Shown: positions 54,893 through 64,000 of the stretch, piece after piece
Position numbering within the stretch: the first letter of the stretch is position 1
Layout: the number at the start of each line of letters is the position of its first letter
Assembly: GCA_964016885.1 (NCBI GenBank)
Contig: OZ024741.1
Coordinates: 332,444,001-332,508,000, forward strand
Source of the DNA: Eledone cirrhosa
Lineage: Eukaryota
DNA length: 64,000 bases
Reading direction: 5' to 3'
Made by a program: the position numbers and the translations under genes
The notes under the pieces: model-generated
The model's input: only the letters and a program-made list of their open reading frames with translations
What the model was told of the DNA's origin: nothing
Database searches by the model: none

Positions 54893-55317
54893 ACTAGTAG
54901 AAAAACCACCCCACGGGTTGTTTTCTGCTAGCATGTGTAGTGTGTATATTGATATTATACACAAATATATATACATGTAGAGATGATACATCAAATAAAA
55001 TCGTAATTGACAATATACACAGAAATTGAACAAAGTCTATGCCACACTGTCTTCTGTAATCAGTAATGTAATCCATGATACATTTTAAAAAAAGACGATA
55101 TTATATATAAACTGCATTAGGAGAAAATTAGTGATGGAAATATATGTGATTATAAGTGTTACAATATGACGGCCGCTAACCGGAGGTGATGACATTTGAA
55201 AATTTTAAAGAAGTGAATTTTAAAGGTCTTTAAATAAGCTATAAAATATATTTAGTCAACAGCCACGAAATTTAGCACATAAATTATGTAATATTCATTC
55301 ATTATTTATTCAAAGTG

Positions 55318-55507
55318 GTGGTGGATTGGCAGTATCGGTAGAGGGTCGGACGCCATGCTTTGACGCATAGAGTTACGTCCCTTGCCATTCTGAGTTCAAA
55401 TCCCACCGAGGTTAACTTTGCCTTTCATCCTTACGGGGTCGATAAAATAAAGTACCAGTAATGTACTGGGTAATTGCTGGCCTTGTGCCAAAAGTAGAAA
55501 CAATTAT
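55318..55507 (+). mobile_element. tRNA-derived SINE family 1 (full copy)
   Basis: A box TGGCAGTATCGG, B box GAGTTCAAATC, body gttaactttgcctttcatcc..gtcgataaaataaagtaccag, tail gtagaaacaattatt. Confidence 0.88.
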
Positions 55508-56757
55508 TTATTCAAAGTAATCCAACTTATTTTACAAACGGGGTAAAAAAATATATTCTGGACGCAATCCCGCACTCCTTTCTTTATTATAGTTTAGATT
55601 AAATGAGATTTACTATTAAATCTAGATTTTAATTTCTCAGGATCTTTCCCCTTCCTCGAGAAGTCTTGACCACTGTTTCAGTTATTACATAGCTATAATG
55701 ATACATTCCACCACACCCTCCTCCATTACAGCCCCTAGTCTTCATGTCTACTGTAACTAATTATTATTTGACTATAATGTTACATTCTTCCCCTTCCATA
55801 CACCTTATCCTCTTCATCACCCTGGCCCCTCCCCCTCCACCACCTCCACTTGCTCCCCTCTACATGCTCCCCCTCCACATGCCCTGCCCTCCCATACACA
55901 CACGCCCTGGCTCCTCCACATACCCAACTCCACTTACCCTTCCCTCCCATACACACACCCTGGCCCCTCCACATGCCCTACCCTCCCACACACACACACA
56001 TCCTGGCTACTCCACATGCCCTCCCATACACACACACACGCCCTGGCCCCACCATATGCCCTGCCCCCTTCCTTCCACACACCCTGCCCCTCAACATCCC
56101 CTTACACCCCCCTCATCTCACCACACCCCTCCACATGCCCCCACCCTAGACCCCGATTTCCCCCCAATTTTTGCATCTCTTTATGTTTTCCAATGTAGTT
56201 CTTTTATTAATGTAATAATCTCTTGGACTCTTCCAGTGAAAAGAAGCAACAGATAAATGGATGGAGGGTGTGTATAAGGAACTGTTAGCTGTATCACAGG
56301 TAACTCTAATTTTGATATATTATATACACCTGCACACACACAAACGTACACACATACTCGTGCACTCACATGCGCACACACACACACATATATAAAAAAA
56401 AAAAATTGTTTCATTAAATCAGACCGAGGAAACAATGTTTCCGTTGGTCTTTCCAATTGCTAATACTATCTATCTGCAACTGCAGGTAGAAGAAGCAACA
56501 TGAAATAAAGTGTCTTGCTCAAGGACATAACACATATATATATACACACACCTGGACACCCAGACATATATATATATATACACCTGCACTGACAATTACT
56601 CATATACATATATATATATATATGTAGATAAATCTACCAAAAGTTTACGGTAGTGTCCAATCCGTATGAAGAACTCAATGTAATCCGGATATCATGGAAA
56701 GAAGAGATGCATTCAAAAATCACTTTCGGTGAAAGATAAACGGAATACAGAGTCAAG

Positions 56758-57157
56758 ATAAAATATTAAAAAAATAATGAATAAAACAATGAAACAGTTC
56801 CTTATATTAAACAAAAAAAGTTCATTATTTAACGATCGTTTCTAGGACATATATGTGTTAGAATTGGCATGCATATTCAAAAGATCTATGTACAAAATTA
56901 TACAAACTATCAAAGAGAATATACATACCATCACATATATATGCTGTCTTCAGAAATAATTCTGAAGACAGCATATATATGTGATGGTATGTATATTCTC
57001 TTTGATAGTTTGTATAATTTTGTACATAGATCTTTTGAATATGCATGCCAATTCTAACACATATATGTCCTAGAAACGATCGTTAAATAATGAACTTTTT
57101 TTGTTTAATATAAGGAACTGTTTCATTGTTTTATTCATTATTTTTTTAATATTTTAT
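56758..57157. repeat. Perfect 400-bp palindrome (198-bp arms, 4-nt loop) of an HHR-bearing element; left arm extends to ~56626
   Basis: Arms are reverse complements around ataa at 56956-56959. (TA)n flanks. Confidence 0.93.
56825..56959 (-). ncRNA. Type I hammerhead-like motif with long stem II
   Basis: ttattt-CTGAAGA-cagcatatatatgtg...cacatatatgtccta-GAAAC-GATC-GTT^-aaataa. Confidence 0.68.
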
Positions 57158-57704
57158 ATATATATATATATATGTGTGCATTGCTGCATAATAAATGCAG
57201 ACAGTTGATGCTGTGCACTCTATTGCTGCATTGTGTGGCCAAAACTCCAGTATGGGTATAGATTTGAGGTACCCATTTATGTGTATTGTATTGAAACAAA
57301 TACCCATGCAAGCGTGGAACACGGACGTTAAACGATGATGATGATGATGAACTCTGTGTCTACTCTGGGATTTTACATAACATTACTTATTGATTACACT
57401 GAGATGCAACTGGTACTAGCAGTGAATCTCATGCTAGTCCTTGTATATATATATAAATATATATAAGCCTTCTGGCAATAAGAAGCTTTTGGAGCTTAAG
57501 CTCCTCCAATAATTTGTTTCAATATATTTGTGCTTTAGTTTTTGGTTTTTACTAAACTGATTTTCTATTGACTCCAAATATGTTAGTATGATCATGTTTT
57601 TAATTTGTTATGTCTTCATTATGTTTATTGAGTAGTGACGCACATTTTGCTATTGATCAGCTAAAGGTTCGATCTGTATTGATCTAGCCTGATATATATA
57701 TATA

Positions 57705-58627
57705 TGGAAGGAAAGAGATATTTATTTAATAATGTCTCATATAAAATAATACAACCAGCTATCCACGAAATACTGATTAGTTAGCACCCCAAACACTAAA
57801 TTGGGATAATACTTAGATATATCCTAATGTTTGTTGAGTGAGATGGAGTTGGTCGGAGTATCGCTAAAGGCTTTCTCTGTTTATGTATTGAATATATACT
57901 CTTGGTGGCCTGATATGATTTCCAGATATAAGGTATGACTCTCTTTATTATTATTATTTTTTATATGAAATACTGATTGATCTTCCTTGTATCCCATGTC
58001 TGATTTAGCCTTAGAGAATGGCTATGTGTGTATAAGGGTGATCCATACATATATTTATTATGTTTTAATATCTCTGTGTGTGAATTAGTTGTGTATACAT
58101 ATGGTTAATTGAGTTCTTATACACGTGGTTAATAGCTAACAGGCTTAATTGACCAGCGTGTATATTGTTTTATTTTAAGATGACCTCCCTTTACCCTTTT
58201 GGGGACAGCGTGTATTTTATCTTTGGGAGGACTGCTGGATGTTTTAATCTACCAGTCTCTTCTTAGCGCTGAGGGAGACCATCACCATTCTATTAATGTC
58301 GATATAATTCTTATATCGATATTATTTGGGCATCCACTGATGAGTTTATAAGAGCCCGCTTATGTATAAAACTATGGATTATATACAAGTTTCTACATAA
58401 CTTGGAAATTATTTATCCCAAATTGTAGAAATCTTATAACGAAACGGCCGTCTGGAAGGAAAGAGATATTTATTTAATAATGTCTCATATAAAATAATAC
58501 AACCAGCTATCTACGAAATACTGATTAGTTAGCACGCCAAACACTAAATTGGGATAATACTTAGATATATCCTAATGAGTGAGATGGAGTTGGTCGGAGT
58601 ATCGCTTAAGGCTTTTTCTGTTTATGT

Positions 58628-58631
<4 letters not shown>
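57705..58631 (+). mobile_element. Non-coding 748-nt HHR-bearing unit plus ~180-nt terminal redundancy (retrozyme/pLTR-like)
   Basis: 57705-57891 is repeated at 58453-58631. Both ends lie in (TA)n. HHR at the unit junction. Confidence 0.82.
58333..58456 (+). ncRNA. Type I hammerhead ribozyme with expanded stem II
   Basis: tcca-CTGATGA-gtttataaga...(~78 nt)...tcttataac-GAAAC-GGCC-GTC^-tgga. Confidence 0.82.
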
Positions 58632-58681
<50 letters not shown>

Positions 58682-59124
58682 CTTAAGCCCTGCCATCCGA
58701 AAATTGCAACATTATATTATATTTGGAGATGGTTATGTTGCCAATAAAAAGAAAGACGTGCACCATAGGATTTCTCACTTTGTTTTTATTACTTGTTATT
58801 TATTCAATCATCAAAGTTCTTTTGTCACATATTCTGTGCCTTTCTCAATCTTTGTGCCTCCTCTTCTTTCTGGGCTTAATCTACTATGCCATCTTATCTT
58901 TTGCTTTGTGGTGCATTTTTCGTGAATTGTATGTGTGTATCAAGGTCAACTTTGCTTTTCATCCTTTCAAGGTCGATATATAAGTACCATTCTAGTACTT
59001 TGGTTGATTTTTTTTCTCATCTACATCTCTTTATCACTTCCTTTCTTTCACTATCTATCCTCCTCTGGGAGAAATTTGTTGTATTCAGCCCTGAGGAGGG
59101 GATGAGCTCCACCAAGTTTTAAAA

Positions 59125-59312
59125 TGCTCTATAGAAGGAAGCTGCAATAAAGGACGACCAAGAAAGACCTAGGCAGAGGTTGTGAGAGTGGGCCTCAAAT
59201 CACTAAGACTGGCAGAGGACATGATGAATGAATGTGACAAGAGGAGAGATGGTGTGCTGAGAATGACCCTTCTTCATGGAAATGTGGACGTAAAACGACA
59301 ATGATAATGATA
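59125..59312 (+). mobile_element. Degenerate RTE 3' fragment
   Basis: ggacgaccaagaaagacc (GRPRKT) and a ggacgtaaaacga..atgat end. Confidence 0.55.
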
Positions 59313-59683
59313 TATTTATATATACACAATATTGCATCAGATTTATGTATAAATGATAAACAATAATTTCTCTCTCTCTATCTACCTATCTTTAAATGTA
59401 ACACACACACACACATATGTATATGTATATATATATATATATGTAAGTATGCATGTATACGTACATACATATATGTATACAGACGTACAGTAGCATGCAC
59501 ATATATATATATATATATACATATATATATACATATGCATACAGGTACACATACATATATGCACGTATCAGTTTAGCGGCGCTAACGTCGCTTTGTTCGT
59601 TTGTAAACAAACTGAACAGCCTGAATTTATGCCATACGGTGTTAAGGCAACCACGTCACCTTTTTGTTCAACACTGACACAGG

Positions 59684-59728
59684 AACGATGTACTAGTTTC
59701 AAGCTTGTTAGCTATCATCAGCACCGTT
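59684..59728 (-). ncRNA. Type I hammerhead ribozyme (repeat copy)
   Basis: Reverse complement of 60311-60355. Confidence 0.85.
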
Positions 59729-60149
59729 TACCCATCTGCCAGATAGTTGAACGTTCGAAAGTATATACTTTCCTTATGAAAATTAACGGCTGAGCAGCCT
59801 AATTTGCATATTGAGTGAGTTAAATCGGTCAGGCATACCGAAAACGATAAATTGAAACAAAATGAAAACGAAATTTCATTTCTCACTCTTAGTATGGCAC
59901 TTACTTAAATGTAAGTATGCATGTATACGTACATACATATATGTATACAGACGTACAGTAGCATGCACATATATATATATATATACATATATATATACAT
60001 ATGCATACAGGTACACATACATATATGCACGTATCAGTTTAGCGGCGCTAACGTCGCTTTGTTCGTTTGTAAACAAACTGAACAGCCTGAATTTATGCCA
60101 TACGGTGTTAAGGCAACCACGTCACCTTTTTGTTCAACACTGACACAGG

Positions 60150-60194
60150 AACGATGTACTAGTTTCAAGCTTGTTAGCTATCATCAGCACCGTT
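60150..60194 (-). ncRNA. Type I hammerhead ribozyme (repeat copy)
   Basis: Reverse complement of 60311-60355. Confidence 0.85.
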
Positions 60195-60310
60195 TACCCA
60201 TCTGCCAGATAGTTGAACGTTCGAAAGTATATACTTTCCTTATGCTCAGCCGTTAATTTTCATAAGGAAAGTATATACTTTCGAACATTCAACTATCTGG
60301 CAGATGGGTA

Positions 60311-60355
60311 AACGGTGCTGATGATAGCTAACAAGCTTGAAACTAGTACATCGTT
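60311..60355 (+). ncRNA. Type I hammerhead ribozyme
   Basis: aacggtg-CTGATGA-t agc taacaa gct t-GAAAC-TA-GTA^-catcgtt. 7-bp stem I with one G-U pair. Palindromic ACTAGT at stem III. Confidence 0.85.
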
Positions 60356-60776
60356 CCTGTGTCAGTGTTGAACAAAAAGGTGACGTGGTTGCCTTAACAC
60401 CGTATGGCATAAATTCAGGCTGTTCAGTTTGTTTACAAACGAACAAAGCGACGTTAGCGCCGCTAAACTGATACGTGCATATATGTATGTGTACCTGTAT
60501 GCATATGTATATATATATGTATATATATATATATATGTGCATGCTACTGTACGTCTGTATACATATATGTATGTACGTATACATGCATACTTACATTTAA
60601 GTAAGTGCCATACTAAGAGTGAGAAATGAAATTTCGTTTTCATTTTGTTTCAATTTATCGTTTTCGGTATGCCTGACCGATTTAACTCACTCAATATGCA
60701 AATTAGGCTGCTCAGCCATTAATTTTCATAAGGAAAGTATATACTTTCGAACGTTCAACTATCTGGCAGATGGGTA

Positions 60777-60821
60777 AACGGTGCTGATGATAGCTAACAA
60801 GCTTGAAACTAGTACATCGTT
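60777..60821 (+). ncRNA. Type I hammerhead ribozyme (repeat copy)
   Basis: Identical to 60311-60355. Confidence 0.85.
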
Positions 60822-61242
60822 CCTGTGTCAGTGTTGAACAAAAAGGTGACGTGGTTGCCTTAACACCGTATGGCATAAATTCAGGCTGTTCAGTTTGTTT
60901 ACAAACGAACAAAGCGACGTTAGCGCCGCTAAACTGATACGTGCATATATGTATGTGTACCTGTATGCATATGTATATATATATGTATATATATATATAT
61001 ATGTGCATGCTACTGTACGTCTGTATACATATATGTATGTACGTATACATGCATACTTACATTTAAGTAAGTGCCATACTAAGAGTGAGAAATGAAATTT
61101 CGTTTTCATTTTGTTTCAATTTATCGTTTTCGGTATGCCTAACCGATTTAACTCACTCAATATGCAAATTAGGCTGCTCAGCCATTAATTTTCATAAGGA
61201 AAGTATATACTTTCGAACGTTCAACTATCTGGCAGATGGGTA

Positions 61243-61287
61243 AACGGTGCTGATGATAGCTAACAAGCTTGAAACTAGTACATCGTT
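61243..61287 (+). ncRNA. Type I hammerhead ribozyme (repeat copy)
   Basis: Identical to 60311-60355. Confidence 0.85.
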
Positions 61288-61604
61288 CCTGTGTCAGTGT
61301 TGAACAAAAAGGTGACGTGGTTGCCTTAACACCGTATGGCATAAATTCAGGCTGTTCAGTTTGTTTACAAACGAACAAAGCGACGTTAGCGCCGCTAAAC
61401 TGATACGTGCATATATGTATGTGTACCTGTATGCATATGTATATATATATGTATATATATATATATATGTGCATGCTACTGTACGTCTGTATACATATAT
61501 GTATGTACGTATACATGCATACTTACATTTAAGTAAGTGCCATACTAAGAGTGAGAAATGAAATTTCGTTTTCATTTTGTTTCAATATATATATATGTAT
61601 ATCT

Positions 61605-61910
61605 ATCTAGGGCGGGTAAAATTCCCGAGATCCATGGACGAGTTCTCCCCAGCGGTCTCCGTCCCTCATTATCGCTGCCATGTCCTGCGTCTTTCAACAG
61701 ACCAGTGTCTGTCCTTAGGGCATCAACATACGTTAACCTTGGTCTTCCTCTTCCAGTGTGTCTATGTAGGGGCTCCCACAGGAGCACTGAGTGCAATGTC
61801 ATCTCTGGATGTCGGTGAGCATGTCCAGCTAACCTGTCTCCTCTGTATACACTGAGGATGAAAAACTCAGAGCTGTATGGGAGCCTCCCAAAAGTCAGCT
61901 CAAAAGTGAT
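61605..61910 (-). mobile_element. Short RTE-like LINE 3' fragment with inverted 5' segment
   Basis: Minus strand: [31 protein letters not shown]. Plus strand 61860-61908: [15 protein letters not shown], the motif normally just upstream. Confidence 0.75.
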
Positions 61911-62035
61911 ATATATGTATATGTATATATATTTATATGTATATTTATATATATGTATATATATATATATATATACTGTATATATATATATATATACACA
62001 TATATATCTATATACACATATATATATATATACAC

Positions 62036-62117
<82 letters not shown>

Positions 62118-62458
62118 ATATTCCCTGATGATGGTCAAATATCAAATTAGGGTCCAATTGAAATGGAATGTAAACTGCATAACATCAAAGACTGTGACTC
62201 ATATTAAAGAAATCCATTTAGTTTTGAACAATTGCAGGGGGCAATGATATTTTAATGTAAAAGTTGGGAAAGAAACAGATGTGTTCAGTTTAAAGATTAT
62301 AGTTCTCTGTCATTTTGGTAGTAGTGGGCAGTTGGTGCCATTAGCAAAAGTATCAGCCACTTAATGGTGTTTTTAAAGAGTTTAACAAATGGTAAGAGGA
62401 TTCTGTAATAGGATTTAAAGGGGATGAACAGAGATGTAATCAGAGTGGCTGCTGGCAT

Positions 62459-62946
62459 GTTGTTGTTATTGTTGTTGCAGTTGTTATTACCGTTGTCGTT
62501 ATTATAGTTGTTGTTGTTGCTATTATAGTTGTTGTTGTTGTTACTGTTGTTGTTGTTATTATAGTTGTTGTTGTTACAGTTGTTGTTGTTATTGTTGTTA
62601 CTGTTGCTGTTATAGTTGTTGTTGTTGTTATTGTTGTTACAGTTGTTGTTGTTGTTGTTACAGTTGTTGTTGCTATTATAGTTGTTGTTACTGTTGTTGT
62701 TGTTATTATAGTTGTTGTTGTTACAGTTGTTGTTGTTATTGTTGTTACTGTTGCTGTTATAGTTGTTGTTGTTGTTACTGTTGTTGTTATTATAGTTGTT
62801 GTTGTTGCTACAGTTGTTGTTATTGTTGTTACTGTTGCTGTTATAGTTGTTGTTGTTACAGTTGTTGTTGTTATTGTTGTTATTATAGTTGTTATTATAG
62901 TTGTTGTTGTTGGTGTTGTTGTTATTGTTGTTGTTACTGTTGTTGT
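62459..62946. repeat. (GTT/ATT)n compound trinucleotide array
   Basis: Direct inspection. Confidence 0.95.
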
Positions 62947-63328
62947 GTAGCCTCTGATATTCAAGCCCTGCCCATCCCATACCACATTATTTCCAAAAAC
63001 ACACACATATGCATTCACACCCGTATACATTTACACACACATGCTCACACACATATATGTATGTACACACACACTCACCCATATATATATATATGTACTC
63101 GGGTATACACATACACACACAAATACATGTACATGTAAACATACACAAATAAATATATGTACACATATGTGTACACTCATATATATGTACACACACACAC
63201 ACCTATATACATATTATATATATATATATATATATATGCACACACACACACACATATTCAACTCTGTATTCATAGAGTTGTTTCATTATTGTTCTTTTGG
63301 CTAAGTTTACAGTATAAATATATATATA

Positions 63329-63370
<42 letters not shown>

Positions 63371-64000
63371 TGTATATACAGAGGGAGAGGGAGAGAGAAA
63401 GATGGACAGACAGACAGAGAAAGCGAAAGAGATAGATAGATAGATTGATTGATAGATCGTTAGACAGGTGCTAACCTTGCTTGGAGGACGTGGCTGTCCC
63501 TGAATAGGCTATGCACAGATATTAGCCAATTCAATGTAGCCATGCACCACTGAATCTGATAAAGATGAAGAAAGCAAGTTTACCTCAGACTGGAAAAAGG
63601 TATGAAGGCATGCAACAAAATGGACTCTAAAAGCACCCAAGTATCATGGGGTGAGGGGGAGTATTAAACTCAGTAATGGATTAAGTCTACTATACAAAGG
63701 CAGAAGGTCATAGTTGAAATGTCTTTGATCATCAGATTGTTTGATCAGTGTTGACCTAGGACTCATTGTTATGTTTCATCCAATCCCTTGAGAAGGAGAA
63801 GCCATGACAAAAACAGCTCAATTTCATTATAACATTTTCTAATCAGGGTTGACTTAGGACTTGTCATATTTCATATGATCCCTTGGGAAGGAGAAGTCAT
63901 GGTGAAAAAGCAGCTTGGTTTTATCATAACAGTTTTCTAAAGGCTGCTTTACTGCATTGAGTTACCTCATCTATTGTAAGCTGATACTATCCCCTGATCG

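Larger units (their letters stand above)
59441..61586. repeat. 466-bp tandem array (~4.6 units) with one HHR per unit and an inversion at ~60244/60245; candidate retrozyme
   Basis: Exact 466-bp period (HHRs at 59684/60150 on -, and 60311/60777/61243 on +). Only a few substitutions between units. Flanked by (TA)n. Confidence 0.93.

Noticed and set aside
53669-55033. 454-aa Q/H/T/P-rich ORF and overlapping ORFs
   Set aside because: Pure trinucleotide repeat open in many frames; no domain.
56858-57057. Twin 62-aa ORFs on opposite strands
   Set aside because: A trivial consequence of the palindrome.
59382-61575. Repeated 66-112-aa ORFs in the 466-bp array
   Set aside because: Run through TA-rich repeat, have no recognisable motif, and recur only because the unit is repeated.
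59441-61586. CRISPR array or 5S/snRNA gene cluster
   Set aside because: No unique spacers, and no recognisable 5S, U-snRNA or SL sequence.
62121-62175. CTGATGA...GAAA after (TA)n
   Set aside because: Stems I and III cannot be formed convincingly; at best a decayed motif.

Overview
AT-rich, microsatellite-dense eukaryotic DNA with no confidently identifiable host gene. The repeat content resembles an octopus/cephalopod genome (inference). It is a mosaic of retroelements: one nearly full-length RTE-type LINE with an open APE-RT-PHD ORF plus many truncated copies, L1/Tx1 and R4/Dong fragments, Penelope-like (PLE) remnants, and more than 20 tRNA-derived SINE copies. It also holds a non-autonomous Helitron and MITEs. 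The main signal is a dense set of type I hammerhead ribozymes (HHRs) read directly from the sequence, at nine loci and mostly inserted in (TA)n. These include (i) a near-perfect 466-bp tandem array with one HHR per unit and an internal inversion (59.4-61.6 kb), a candidate non-LTR retrozyme/circRNA system; (ii) a 748-nt non-coding unit that begins exactly at its own predicted HHR cleavage site and has an expanded, branched stem II (57.7-58.6 kb, homolog at 20.0-20.3 kb); and (iii) fold-back palindromes whose symmetry centre sits at the HHR 5' edge (11.7 and 56.8 kb). Almost all ORFs in the supplied track are microsatellite artefacts or antisense shadows.
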